Shown here: one piece after another, positions 12,384 through 26,110 of the stretch
Layout of the letters: every line of letters begins with the position of its first letter
Position numbering within the stretch: the stretch's first letter is position 1
DNA from: Eledone cirrhosa
Lineage: Eukaryota
Direction of reading: 5' to 3'
Length of the DNA: 64,000 bases
Assembly (NCBI GenBank): GCA_964016885.1
Contig: OZ024743.1
Location: 262,260,001-262,324,000 of the forward strand
The notes under the pieces: model-generated
Told to the model about the DNA's origin: nothing
Database searches by the model: none
The model's input: the letters and a program-made list of their open reading frames with translations, nothing else
Program-made: the position numbers and the translations under genes

Positions 12384-14699
12384 ATATGAGTGTGTTTATG
12401 CATGCATATATGAGAGTAGGCTGACTATGAAAGAGTGATGCTAGTGCATTGTTTCTTTCCAGAGACTACGTTGAAAAATAAACCTCATTTAGTCATTTCA
12501 TGAGAGTATCTTAGTCAACCTATGAACTTTTCAGCTAACCCATATGCATATATGTATACATCCATAAGAAAGGGATTGGTCTGTTGGAAACTTATGACCA
12601 ACAACATAGTTATTCAGAAATGTGTGACACAAATATTGATTTCTAACATAGGCAAATGGCCCCAAATTTAGTGTAAGGGAATAGTCGGTGATATTGATCC
12701 CTGTACATGACTGGTACTTTAGAAAGATAGAAGGCAAAATTGACCTCAGTGAGATTTATACTCAAGACATGATGCAAATATCACAAGGCATTTTGTCTGA
12801 CAGGCTAATGGTTGTGTCAAATATATAAACAGTATTTCTATCCCTCCTTTAAAACAATTTTGAGATTATAACCCCCACCCCTAAGTCTAATAACATTCGT
12901 GTTTAAGAACCAAAGGATCACAATTTTAATGTAACTGGATCTCATTAGCTTTGTTATGATTAGAGCCTCACCTGTGCTCTCAATCACTTCATATTTATAG
13001 AGGTGTGTGTCAACAACCAAAATAAATCACCTGGTAGTAGTTCCTAAAGGCAACAAATACTTTCTTATATAGAATTAATGTATCCTGTGGTGTGGGAGGT
13101 GATTAAAAAAAAAATACTAATTGCCAAATCTACTGTACCAGAATAATTATTCTGAATATTGACTGATATATAAACAGTGTGACTGAGAAAACATACATGG
13201 TTCTAGCTGATGAGACCCAAATAGGTTAAAAGTGCAATTATTTGGGAGTTGTTAGCCCCTCCATATGTTTTTTTCTTGTGATGATAACTCCAAGATTTTG
13301 TTTAAAGTAATATTATGAATACTTTTGTTTGTGTATATAATTAACGATATGTAGTTAGTAAATCTAGCTAGTATAGCAATCAAATTTCTTTTCAGCTTAT
13401 CTTTGACTTTGGAAGATATTCAAGAATAATGAAAGCAAAATAAAATGTAGTTCCTGTTTATAAATATATATATATATATATTTTTAGTATTAAATATATG
13501 AACCACACTGTTTTGGGAAATCAAAGGTGGAGATTTTGTGATAAATGTAATGAAGACTTTTTTTATTTAGTAGAAGAAATCCTGTTACATGTTTCGCTTT
13601 GTGGACTTTTGATCTTTTAGCAGTAAATTAATCTGAACTTGCTACCTTTTGAGAATCTTCTTAATTTTCTGTATCTTCTAACATTACATATGCATACAGA
13701 TATTACTTCTATATCAATGATTTCACTTATCTAAGATAATTCATGGCATGAGATATGCCTTCTTGAGTTCCTAGATTACTGCCAAAACATACATCACTCA
13801 CTCTTTTCCATTTATTTTATGTTTCTCTCTAGAGAATGGTATTTGGGTGTATTTCTGTCTTGCACAATAAATCTACATTGTTATATTGTCAAGACAGAAC
13901 TAGCTTAGTTGATAAGATGTTAGATGCCAGATGAGAACTCAATGGTTTATGTCTCACCTCTGCCAACTGCATTTATACTCAAGACACTTAGCTCATAACT
14001 TGTTCAACCAATTTGGCTGAAAATAGGTACCACGAATAGTTAACATTTATTGTTGTCTTGGTATCAAAAGGTAGATTGTATGAGGCATTTGTAATGATGC
14101 ATGTTAGTGATATATGGACACTGAATGTGGAATCTTTTTGGTGGCTGGTGAGAAATTAGTCAGCTATGACCTGTTGTATGAATCACATTAACTTATATGA
14201 ACATTGGAACGCAAATGAGTTGAGAAAGTGTCAGGGTATTAAGGACATCAAATATATAAAGATATAACTGTGCTGGGCTGACAGTGGACAGTTTTGGTTT
14301 TCAAGAAAGACATCAGCTGAGATATCTAGAAGATATGACTGTGCTGGACTGACAATGTTAGGGCATTAAAGATATCAGCCGAGGTATGTAGAAGTTATGG
14401 CTGTGCTGAACTGGCAATGGAAGGTTCTAGTTTCCAAGAAAGATATCAGTAAAAATAGTGGGGTCAGATCACAGACAAGATAATATAGGACCGACATAAT
14501 TGATTGTAACACAAAGTCAACCAATGAAAGCATGAAAAAATGATTATTAAAAAGTTAACAATAATGTAAGCAGCTGGAGAATTGACAAGTTTTATTAAAT
14601 TCAGTATATATGCAATTCCTATAATAGATTAATGGATATAACTTGGAGAGTGTAGGATAGACTCAGAGATACCATCTGCATGAAAAACAATAGTTATGT

Positions 14700-15092
14700 T
14701 AGTGTTAGAAATTTTGGGAGAGGTTAATTGATTAAATCAATCCAAGTATGTGACTGATACTTATCCCCAGAAGGATGAAAAGCAATGTTAACCATGGCAG
14801 GATTTGAACTAAGAATATAAATATTATAACTAAATACTAACTACAAGGTATTTTATGTAGTTCTTTGCCAATTCTTCCATCTACTGCCCTAGTATTATTA
14901 ATAATAATACTAGGGCAGCAATACAAGGCCAGCAATTACCCAGTGTATTACTGGTACTTTATTTTATCAACCCCGTAAGGATGAAAGGCAAAGTTAACCT
15001 CAGTCGGATTTGAACTCAGAACGTAAAGGGCCATAACTCTATGCTGCAAAGCATGGTGTCTGACGCTCCACCGATACTGTTAATCCAACAAT
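14700..15092 (-). mobile_element. Two adjacent SINE family B copies
   Basis: Shared motif TACTGGTACTTTATTTTATCGACCCCGTAAGGATGAAAGGCAAAGTTAACCTC..GGATTTGAACTCAG (B box on the minus strand); many further copies in the window. Confidence 0.8.
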
Positions 15093-15096
15093 AATT

Positions 15097-15410
15097 GAAC
15101 ACACAAAAACCTGATATTGTAGTTATGCACAAAAATAGGCATGAATATCAAAATTATTGATGTTACTATCCCAGGAGAACATAACTTAACTTTGAAGGAA
15201 GTTTAAAAAATGATAAAGTTTGAAATTGCACAAATGTGGTGAATCCTAGCTAAAAATATCAAGATAACTCCATTTGTCATTGGAACTTTAAGCTCAATAT
15301 TACTAAAACTAAGGGATTATCTTGAGCAAATAGTCCTTGAATCACAAATTCCTCTCCTATAAAAGACTGGGCACTACACATATATTCAGGAAACTCCTGT
15401 CTGTCTAAAG
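15097..15410 (+). pseudogene. Relic of a restriction-like-endonuclease non-LTR element (R4/Dong-like C-terminus)
   Basis: Degenerate translation KPDIVVMHKN../KIIDVTIPGEHNLTLKE*..FEIAQMW*..ITPFVIGTL fits the RPD..D-type RLE motif; contains stops and a frameshift. Confidence 0.65.
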
Positions 15411-15539
15411 AATATCCAACAATTTTGGGGGAGAGAAAAAGTTAATAACATCAATCCCAGTTCATGACTGGTACTTTTTTTTATCGACCCTGGAAGCATG
15501 AAGTAGTAGTAGTAATAATATAAATATTCCTTTTTGCAG

Positions 15540-15683
15540 GCGTACTATTTTGTGTCGGAGGTCGTGGAGCAGCAGGTGACCCTTTCAAAAGTATAGAATG
15601 TTATAACTACCGCAAAAATTCCTGGTTTCCAGTTGCTGAAATGAACACGCGCAGACGACATGTTGGAGTATGTGCAGCTTCAG
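15540..15683 (+). CDS. KLHL8: Kelch-like protein (KLHL8-like) internal exon A, kelch repeat 1
   Basis: Boundaries TTTTTGCAG|...|GTGAGT, 144 nt, phase 1-1. Translates (G)VLFCVGGRGAAGDPFKSIECYNYRKNSWFPVAEMNTRRRHVGVCAAS(G), matching the first kelch repeat of KLHL8 as I recall it. Confidence 0.93.
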
Positions 15684-16074
15684 GTGAGTACAGTGTTTGC
15701 TCTTTCTACTGCTATCTATTCATAACTATGCCCTTTCTTCTGTATTCAACATCATTTTACACTCACTTTCCATGCTGGCAGGGATTGGATAGATCATCAC
15801 AGTCCAAGTCAGTTCTATTTAGGAGTTACTTCACTCCTTGATATGGTGGGCATCCACATCTTACTTATACCTGTCATTTTTGGCAGGGTTTCAATGGTTA
15901 GATGCCTTTCCTAACTCCAACAACTTTACATATTGTATTTATCATAATAGCAGGCTTGTCAATTCTTCAACAATACTAAAGAGTCTTCTCAACTCTATAT
16001 TGTCTTTACTCATTTGCCAACCACTTTACAAATAATTCTGGATGCATTTTATTGAGACTCCAACATTAGAGAAA

Positions 16075-16734
16075 CTAGCGGAAAAACAACCTTCGGGTGG
16101 TTTTCCGCTAGCTTGTGTAGTGTGTATATTGATATTATATGCAAATATATGTGCATGTAGATATGATACATCAAATAAAACTGTAATTGACAATATACAC
16201 AGAAATTGAACGAAGACTGTGTTTACACTGTCTTCTGTAATCAGTAACGTAATCCATGATACATTAAAAAAGACGATATTATATATCTGCTAGCATGTGT
16301 AGTGTGTATATTGATATTATACACAAGTATATATGCATGTAGATATGATCAAATAAAATCGTAATTGACAATATACACAGAAATTGAACGAAGACTGTGT
16401 TACACTGCCTTATGTAATCAGTAACGTAATCCATGATACATTAAAAAAAGACGATATTATATATAAACTGCATTAGGAGAAAATTAGTGACAGAAATATA
16501 TGAATATTTATTTAAACGATCGCTAACCGGAAGTGTTGACATTTGAAAATTTTAAAGAAGTGAATCTTTAAATAAGTAATAAAATATATTTAATGAACAG
16601 CCACAAAATTTAGTAGATAAATTATGTAATATTCATTCATTATTTATTCAAAGTAATCCAACTTATTTTACTAAGGGGATAAAAAATTATAAGCTGTACG
16701 CAGTCCCGCGCTTCTTACTTTATTATAGTTTAGA
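16075..16734 (-). mobile_element. Non-autonomous Helitron (660 bp)
   Basis: Minus strand begins A|TCTAAACTATAATAAAG and ends with a GC hairpin and CTAG|T; no TSD; internal tandem duplication of about 180 bp (16107-16465). Confidence 0.78.
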
Positions 16735-17113
16735 TTGCCATGTTCTCAGCCATGGTAAATTATCCTCTCAATCCTATAATGTCCCCGTTCATTTACTAAT
16801 CTCTTTATAGAGAGTACTGTGTGTATTATATTGTGACACCAACACATGTGAGGTTGCCTAGTTCTATGTTCAATCATTTGATATCATGAATAAAGAAATA
16901 CGTTTAATTATAGTTCTTTACATGTGAGTTCAAATTCTGCCAAGGTTAACTTTGTCTTCATCCTTCTCTGGTTATTAAAATAAAGTATCAGTTAAGTTTT
17001 GTGTGACCATTAAATCTGCTACTACACTCCTCAAAGTTTGTGACTCTGTTTGTTCCTAAGTTAAAAAATCATTATTATCATGCATTTCCTCTCCACCTTT
17101 ACAATCAAATACT

Positions 17114-17339
17114 TTAACCCTTCAACATTTAAACTGGCCATATCCAGCCAGAATTCTCTCACCTCTTTCTGTTCAAACCAGCCCTAACTGGCCACTCGTA
17201 CCAATGATAATCTATTGCTCTCAGAATGAATATCAAAATCTCGTTGCTTTGATATTATGTGAGGTAATTATGTGAGATAAAGCCTTTACTGTGATATTAC
17301 AATAGTAAATATAGAGTAATGTAAATGGTAAAAGGTTAA
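17114..17339. mobile_element. piggyBac-like MITE
   Basis: Termini TTAACCCTTCAACATTTA ... TAAATGGTAAAAGGTTAA (TTAA-CCC type); a diverged second copy lies at about 31733-31944. Confidence 0.6.
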
Positions 17340-18660
17340 TGGTTGTGAGATTAATGTGCTACACTACTGAAACCAACAAGTCATGAGTTTAAACATTACT
17401 ACTGTAGTTATTGTTTAGCTTCCAGTTAATCTGGATTAATAGTTCTAGATGTGACAATCCCAGTTTGTTTTCAGACATAGTGTATACAATAACATTAACA
17501 ACAACAAGAACCATTTTTAGCCTTATGGCCCCCATGATAAGTTTCTCCATTTCTCTTTATCATATGCATCCCCACTTGTTGTCATTTGCTCCTCCATGTT
17601 TAGCCGGTTCTTTTCTATTTGGTGGTGTGGTGGAGTTTTCTTTTTTATTTTACTGCCCCCCCCCCCCCCCCCCCCCCCCACACACACACACTTTCATTTC
17701 CACCATTCCTCTCACCCAATCACTTTCATCTTTCTTCACCACATGACCCAACCATATCGTTCCATTTCTCTTCACAACATTCATCTAGTCACTTTCATTC
17801 CTCTTCAACACATGACTAATCCATCTCATTCTACTCTTCTTCACAACATTTATCACTGGCTCTATTCTTCTCACTCTGTCATTTTCATCCTCCCTCACCA
17901 TCTCATTCCATTTTTCTTCAGAGCATTTATCGCTGGCTCTGTTCTTCTCATCCAGTTACTTTTATTCTTTCTCAACACCTGACTAACCATCTTATTCCAT
18001 TTCTCTTCACAACATTCATCATTGGATCTGTTGCAATAATTTTCGACATAGTGTATTCAGAACTATATTACCCTTTTTAATACAGTACAGTGTAATTTGA
18101 GGAAGATTTGGCTACTCTTTCTAATAGATGAGGTGACTGCATAGACACTCTCTCACTGTCACAAGAAACTCTTTCATCAGCTCAAAATTGTGTTATATTA
18201 CTGGATTAAAACAACACTGTCTGTTTCATTTGGCCTGACAACTAAACATTTCTATTACTATTTTATGGTTCTGGAGCGTGCCAGTAGGAAGATTTCATCG
18301 TCATCGTATTAATGGTGACTGTTTACTTTAAAGATTCAATGACATTACATCAACAAAATTTCAAAGTAAGAAGTCATCTTTAACAACAAATATGGTTACC
18401 ATATTTATTGTATAGTTTATATGAAGTATTGTGAAATATGTGGTTAATATTGTTTTGCAAGTTACAAATATAGGAGTGGAAACTAGAGTAAAGTAAGAAA
18501 AACAAAACAGCAGTTTACACATTTATCTTATGTTTTATGATATTTTAGAGTTAGCACCTTGAGCAAGTGTCTTCTACCATAACGTCAGGTTGACCAATGC
18601 CTTATGAGTGAAATTTGATAAATGGAGACTGTACTTGAAGCCTATCGTGTGTGTGTGTGT

Positions 18661-20118
18661 GTGACCGCACATCACCTGTGAACTATCGTCCAGTCAGTCT
18701 TACTAGCTGCATTGCCAAACTGATGGAATCCTATGTCAGCGAAACGCTTTGGAACTTTTGGAACTCTCACAGTCTTATCCGGCCCTCGCAATTTGGATTT
18801 ATCCCTAACTCCAGCTGCAGTGATCAACTTATCGAGTTTCTTGAAGACATAACCCGGATCACTGATGGTGGCTCATGGGTGGATGTTGTTTACCTTGACT
18901 TTGCTAAGGCTTTCAATTCTGTGCCACACAAAAGACTTATGGCAAAACTCTCTGCAATGGGTGTGAAGGTGATCTTTTTAAGTGGTTGAAGTCCTTCATT
19001 CTCAGTTGAAGAGAGTTAGTCACGGTTCTAGGACAGCATTCCTCACCATATGAGATGTCATCTGGTGTACCACAGGGATCTGTTCTTGGCCCCCTTTTGT
19101 TTGTGGCATATATTAATGACATAGATGCCAACTTAAAGAATGCCACAGTACTGAAATATGCAGATGACATCAAGCTGTACCTTGAGATAAAAAGGACAGA
19201 TCCTGAACACTATAGATCTTGCCTGGACACAATGCAGCAATGGATCACAGACTGGCAATTCAAGCTAGCTGTGGACAAGTGTACCACCATGCATTTTGGG
19301 GGTAAAAACCCAGTGTCCACATACTCCCTCCACAGCACTAATATCAAGAAGTCTTCTTGTGAACGTGACCTGGGCATTACAGTCAGCAGCGATTTGCGTT
19401 GGACGAAGCACGTCTCTAAAATTGTCAAGAAGGCCGAGAGTGTCTTAGCATCACTCAGCAAGACCTTTGTCAGCCGCTCTCCAGCTATCTATTTAAAGCT
19501 GTATATAGCTATGGTGCGGCCACACTTAGAATTTGCATCACCAGTCTGGAACCCCTATCTTGCTCAGAACATTGACCGCCTGGAAACTGTTCAGAGACGT
19601 GCAACCAAGCGCATACCCTCCATCAGGCATCTACCATACTCTGAACGCCTTGCTTCCCTGGGCATGGATACATTGAAGCTCCGAAGCCTGGCAACTGACT
19701 TAGTAAACACCCACAAAATTGTTAACCATCTTGCCAACAACAATCCTGAGTACCTTTTTGATTTCCATGTGTCTAATACACGTGGGCATGTCCACAAAGT
19801 CAGAAAACATGACTTTCGGAAATATTTTTTCACGCTCAGAGTTGCTGAAGCATGGAACAAACTACCTGCATCAGTTGTTAGCTGTCGAGACACTGCATCC
19901 TTTAAAAACTGCATGCTTCCTGAGATTCGCCAACACTACACCTGATGTGCCCCCCCCCCCCCCCCCCTCCATACACATGCACACATGTATTTCATGACTC
20001 GTACACTGTTCATTTACCTGACATTTGTACATTATTCTATGTACTATACATGCACCTTTGATGAGTTGTAGTGCACCTGAGCACTGTACACAATAATTCA
20101 TTATTATTTTATTATTTC
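18661..20118 (+). mobile_element. CR1-group LINE, 5'-truncated RT fragment with 3' UTR
   Basis: NYRPVSLTS, YLDFAKAF, GVPQGSVLGP, YADD with frameshift and stops; 3' tail GTAGTGCACCTGAGCACTGTACACAATAATT-(TTA)n. Confidence 0.93.
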
Positions 20119-20144
20119 ATAAAATTGAGCCCTAATCCTTATAA

Positions 20145-20482
20145 AAAAGTGAATGAAATATATCCATACATGCATAAGTGTGCATTAAAATACATCAAAA
20201 CTTAAAACTAGAGACAATCTGTACTGAATGCACAATTACATAATTCGTTGAGTATCCTATTAAATTTAATAAAAAAAAGTTTGTTTTTAATGTTTTAAAA
20301 ATTAAAAAAATAAATAAAAAAATAAATTTTTTTAAACATTAAATTAAAAAAAAAAAATTAGATTTAATAGGATACTCAACGAAATTATGTAATCTTGTAT
20401 TCAGTACAGATTGTCTCTAGTTTTAAGTTTTGATGTATTTTAATGCACCCTTATACATGTTTGCATATATTTCATTCACTTT
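20145..20482. repeat. Long inverted repeat (arms about 125 bp)
   Basis: AAAGTGAATGAAATAT...GTTGAGTATCCTATTAAAT (20145-20265) is mirrored at about 20362-20482 around an A/T spacer. Confidence 0.9.
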
Positions 20483-20528
20483 ATATATATATATATATAT
20501 ATTTTTTTTATTGCTAATCTTTTTACAG

Positions 20529-20640
20529 GTCGCCTTTATGCAATTGGTGGACATGATGGATTTACACATCTGAACAGCGGTGAAGTGTTTGATCCAGTTA
20601 AAAATAAGTGGTCATATATTGCCCCTATGGGATCTCTCAG
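20529..20640 (+). CDS. KLHL8: KLHL8-like exon B, kelch repeat 2
   Basis: TTTTACAG|...|GTAACA, 112 nt, phase 1-2. (G)RLYAIGGHDGFTHLNSGEVFDPVKNKWSYIAPMGSL(R), in frame with exons A and C. Confidence 0.93.
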
Positions 20641-22649
20641 GTAACATAACATACATGTCTCTCTATTATATTTTTTCCTGGAGTTTCTAAACTGTCTGTG
20701 AAGAAGGGGATAAAGTATAGAAAATTGTTGTCGTTAATTCCAAGTTAATCCTGCTCTAGCAGAGCTAGGATCAAAAGCATCATGATTTTTTTCCAGACTC
20801 TGCATCTAGAACTACATTATTCAGCATGTCTCAGTATGCTGTGATTTGAAGATTTGGCTACTATGTCTAACAATTTGAATAGTAACTCATGGTAATGTTC
20901 TTTAGCTCCAGTTCAACCCTTAGCCAGCAGACCTATAGTGAAAGGCATTTTATCCTATCTTTTTTAAAATTCAGATATAGTATTCCTAGGACTACATTAT
21001 TCAGTGTATCTTCCATTTTTTTAAAGATGTTAGGGTGTGATTTAGGGGACATTTGGTTGCTATTTCTAGCTGGCCAAATGAGCCTGATTAAGCAGATCTA
21101 AGATCAAAATTGTTCGAAGTATGACCATCCTCTATATATTTTCAAATATAGGAAGGTTTAAATAATCAGTGTATCCTTATCTTTTTGAAACTGATAGCAT
21201 ATGATTTGAGGGTTGATTAGCTGCTATATGTAGCAGGTCAAGCAAACACATAAGTGATATCCACTAAGCTGTTTTGTGTACAGAACAAATTTCATTTGAA
21301 AGTATCAACACAAATAATGTGTGTTGAGACTAGTAAAAATATCATTTAAGTTTATTATTAGCTTTATCTATAGGCAACAAATTAGCAGAGTTATTAGAGT
21401 ATGACAAAATGCCATGTAGTCTTTGTTGCAGATCTGTGTGCTCTGAATTCAAATACCATCAAGATCAACTTTGCCTTTCATTCCTTCGGGGTTGGTTGAA
21501 TAAAATAGTTGTCCAGGACAGTGGAATTGTTAGAGCATCAGAAAAGATGCCTTGCAGTATTTAGTTTGGCTCTTTGTGTTCAAATCCTGGTGTGGCTTAC
21601 TTGGCTGGTACACCTAATCTGCCTCAGTTTAAACTCATCACCTGTACCATGGATGACTAGTAGACCTCACTCTGTTAGAAGCATTTGGGTAAGGTCTCCA
21701 GTTTGAGGATATCCCCACCAAACAGCAATCTTGGAGGCACCAAAAACGGTCATGAACACTACCTACCCACTAAACAGTTATCTATCTATCTCTCTCTCTC
21801 TATATATATATACCTATATATATATATATATATATTAGCAGTAACACTAACATAAATTGGTTCATAATACAGATGCAACTGTTTCACTCTGAATGTTTTA
21901 AGCTGTGATCATATCACACAAAAAAAGGTTTTAGCTTATTCTTGTCTCATTACCGAGTGAGTGAATGTCACTGATGATGGGTAAAACATTCCAAAAACAT
22001 GCCTGGCATTATCACACAATGAAAAGTGTTCCAGTCATGACCATTTCATCATTGTATTACAAAGACTGCATTGTCTAGTGTGTACTTACTTTAAGAGAGT
22101 AGATTGTGATTTGAAGGAATTTGGCTGGTAATTCTAGTATATCGAGTGACCATGCAGAGCAGTATTTTCCTACATTTCTATGACTTTGTCACCCTATCTC
22201 CTTATACTTAAAATATGTGGCCCTTTTAATGAATAATATTAAGCACCCTAACTACCTATGACACCATTAGACATCAAAACCCTCTCCCACCCCCTGCTCG
22301 GTTGGAAACCATTGACCTTGAGGCTTCCTTGTTCTTTTGTTAGATGCATAATGTGAATCTTAGTATATGATATGTTTATTTAATCAAAAGTTTTCTGTAA
22401 CATTTGTCAAAATTTAACTCTTAAACCTCCTATATTACATGAAACCACATGAGCAAGACATTCTTGAAAAGTACAAAACAAAACTACAACTGCATCACGT
22501 GAAAAATTAAAGTCTTTACTTTACATAGATCTGTCCTCTAGTAAAGATACTATAAACATTTGAATTGACAAACATGTTTTTAAATATTTTCAGATAAATT
22601 ATTCCAGGATGTTAAGAATTAATTTGAAAAAAAAATCTTCTACTTTCAG

Positions 22650-22818
22650 ACGTGGAATTGCCCTGGCCTGTTTAGGAGGTCCAATCTATGCCATTGGTGG
22701 CTTGGATGATACATCCTGCTTCAACACCGTGGAACGATATGATCCTTCAACAGATGTCTGGACGCTTTTATCATCCATGAAGGTTCCTAGAGGCGGTGTA
22801 GGAGTTACGTCACAGAAA
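22650..22818 (+). CDS. KLHL8: KLHL8-like exon C, kelch repeat 3
   Basis: CTTTCAG|...|GTAACT, 169 nt, phase 2-0. RGIALACLGGPIYAIGGLDDTSCFNTVERYDPSTDVWTLLSSMKVPRGGVGVTSQK; overlaps track ORF 22609..22866. Confidence 0.93.
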
Positions 22819-23049
22819 GTAACTATTGTTATTATTTTTGAAAATGATGAATGGCAGGAGTGGTAGAGCATTATAGTTAGTTATGTCTCTTAACATTGAG
22901 TTCAAATCTTACTAAGCAAGGGAGTAGCCAAGTTATAAATTTAGGGGACACAAGTTTATAAAAAAAAGTTGCTGTGTCTCGAAAGTTTGTCTCAAGCCCA
23001 AAGGCTCATTAGGCCAGTGCTTATTCCGGTTTCAATTTTTAGTGTAAAA

Positions 23050-26000
23050 TGCAAACAAAAGGAAGCAATGTGGAAAATAATATGAAAGAATTACAATAGT
23101 CTCTTTCATCTCGGCTTCATTCTAGCAATGTTATCTGTTACTATATTATAATCCTCCTCAGTAGCCATCTCTCTTTCAATGGAGAGCAATGCTAACTCAG
23201 ACAATCTATCTTTGCCCAATGTAGAGCAAAGGTAGGACTTTATGTGTTTCCACCAACTTAAAGGATTGTTCTGCAACTGTGCTGGTTATCGATAAAGTCA
23301 GAAAATGTAGTTCAATGTGGTCTGATTAAGATAAATGGAACACATCATTAGTGATCAAGAATTTAAGTACATTGTTGGTAAATTTCTCATCACTTGAATT
23401 TGCCTTCCTGAGAGTGTTCGTTATGTATTTTTATATTTCTTTGAATGAAAAAAATTCTTATACAATTTCAGTTTAACTGAATTCTAATTTGTTCATATAA
23501 TCTGCATTGTCAAAATGCTTTGGATCTAGAGCAGTAAATTTAGGAGCAACACTTTTTATTAAATGTTCAAATCTTTAACCTGTGTTATTTACAATAGAAG
23601 TTAAAGACAGTAGGTAAGATGTAACCATGAATTTCTTTTGAGCAACAGATATTCTTCATCCTCTGCAAATTTCACCTTGGAATCTTTTTCTTTTACATTC
23701 TTTAACCTATGCTGTACCCCACAACATAGGTTAGTCGTTAGTGATATCTCAGTAAGCAAGAGATGGAATGAGACATACAGGAAGGTGTGGAGAAGAAAGG
23801 TCTGGAAGCTAAAAAACCTTTCACTAAAATACAAATTTAGGAAAATCCTTCAAGATGTGTATGATGAAAAAGAAGACGATTTAGAGACGTATGACATAGA
23901 TAACTTGAATTTCTTATGTGACAACTTACTGCAGGCTACTGATGAAACTTGTGGCTGGAGCAGAGCTCCAACCAGACAGAGAGTGACCTGGTGGTGGAAC
24001 AGCACAGTAGATAAGGCCATTAGAGACAAAAGACTAGCATGGAAGGCTTGGAAAAAGGGTGTGAGTAGGGAAGGATATACAGCCGATAAGAGAGAAGCTA
24101 GACGTCAGGTGTACTTAGCATGTAGGAAGGCTGAGAGTAGGAGGTTTGCCAATGTTCTATGATGGGAAGATCAGAGGCGTGCGGTGTTCCACATTGCAAG
24201 GAATTCCAGATACAAGTAGGAGTACATCAAGGTTTGGTCCTCAGCCCGCTCTTGTTCATTATAGCCCGCCAAGCCATAACAGAGGAGTTTAAGACTGGCT
24301 GTCCATGGGAACTTCTCTATGCTGACGACCTGGTTCTTATAGCAGAATCAGTAGAGGAGCTAGAGAATAAATTCTGGCTATGGAAACAGCAGTTGGAAGC
24401 AAGAGGACTGAGAGTGAACCTAGCTAAGACAAAAGTGTTGATGAGTAGAAAAGAGGACAACACTCTGATTCCGTCAGGGAAATGGCTATGTTCGATATGC
24501 AGAAAAGGAACTGGCATAAATTCTATAAAATGCACACAATGCAGATCCTGGGTACACAAGAGATGTAGCGGGATAGCAGGCAAACTAACAGGTAGGGAGA
24601 AATATGTATACAGTAGATGTACAGGGAAATTAGACAGTAGAAATCGCATTGATAGACACATTTTTCAAATGTAGGTGGGTTCTATAGAAGTGGTGGATAG
24701 CTTCTGGTACCTAGGAGATCAGATTAGCATGGGAGGAGGGGGGTGTTCTGAGGCCATAGTATCTAGAATGACGGGTTGGAAGAAGTTTAGCGAGCTGCTT
24801 TCTCTGCTGCCGAAGAAGGGTTTCTCCCTGCGTACAAAAGGCCGGTTATATGATGCCTGTGTGAGGAGCGCGATGCAGCATGGTAGTGAGACATGGGCAG
24901 CAACTGCAGAGGATATGCAACGGCTAGAGAGAAATGAGGCAAGCATGCTCCGTTGGATGTGCAATGTCAATATGCGTGAACGGCCCAGCATGAATGTATT
25001 GAGAGAGAAACTGTGTCTGAGAGGGATAGAATGTAGTGTGTGAGAAAGGAGACAGGTGTCATGGACATGTGATGCGCATGGAGGATGACCGATGGGTGAA
25101 GAAGTGCCAGGAAATGCCAGTTGAAGGAAGACGTGGTAGAGGTAGACCATGAAAAACATGGGCGGAGATGGTGAGAACAGACCTCAGATCGCTGAAGCTC
25201 ACGGTGGAGATGACGAAGGACCGTGACAAGTGGAGAGATGCTGTACTGAATAAGACCCGTCCCACCCTTGCAAGCAGGGAAAAGCGGACGTAAAATGATG
25301 ATGATGATGATTCTCTGTGATGCTTGTCTTCTGAATTAATATATTTTTGAATCCATTCAGTAGCTTTATTTTAAATCTGTTTGAATTGGGATTCATTCTC
25401 ATTTCACATATTTTTCATATTTTTTTCAAAAAGCTGAATCAAATGAGCAGTTGTTACCAGATCTATGCCCCTTTTCTATAAATATGTGGATAAACTGAAG
25501 ATTTTGTTTAGAAATTTACTCCAGAATATAAGACCAACTAAGAATTTATAAGTACTGAGTGTTTCTTGTATATGCTTTGCCTTAGCAAACTGCTTAGAAG
25601 TACAGGTTTTTATCTCACTATCTAGAATCCTTTGTAAAGCAACTGCTAATGCTGATATATTCTGCAAAATTGTTTCTACTGCTGACTTTCTGGAGACCCA
25701 TGTAGTATCACAGTTTCTTTAGAGTTACTGTAAAAGAGTTGATTTGATTACATTGTTCTTTTTATACTGAAAGATCTTTAGAGTCAGTGTGAAAGATTTA
25801 ATTTAACTGCATCGTTCTTCCTTTAGTGCTGAAAGATCTTTAGAGTCAGTGTGAAGAATTTAATCTAACTGCATTGTCTTGCTTTTAGCACTTTAGATAA
25901 AGTAACCTGCCAGATAAAAAGATATAGATATTTTCTAGAATTCCAAAATACATCTTGGTTACTGTATCAATAAAATTCAAATTTAAATTATGTGCCCAGC

Positions 26001-26110
26001 AGTGTGTAAATAGTATAGGGAGCAACTCCCATAATCTTTGGAAACCAAATATTTCACTTAATATGGTGCTTGCTTTATCCTAGGCATGTCTATGGCATAT
26101 AGTAATTGAT
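23050..26110 (-). pseudogene. Degenerate hAT-family transposase, interrupted by an RTE insertion
   Basis: Minus strand shows FTHCWAHNLNL (CxxH, about 25975-26010), CDTTWVSRKSA (TRW-like, about 25680-25712) and hATC-like FLTLSITSTVAEQSF../HIKSYLCSTLGKDRLSELALLSIERE (about 23165-23310). Confidence 0.75.
23712..25310 (+). mobile_element. RTE LINE subfamily B, truncated, with an internal deletion
   Basis: Track ORFs 23638, 24159 and 24675 match 40617-42980; about 0.75 kb is missing at about 24200; ends CCCGTCCCACCCTTGCAAGCAGGGAAAAGCGGACGTAAAA(TGA)n. Confidence 0.9.

Noticed and set aside
13207-13240. CTGATGA-gacc..ggtt-AAAA hammerhead-like string
   Set aside because: GAAA is mutated and no stem I or III can be formed.
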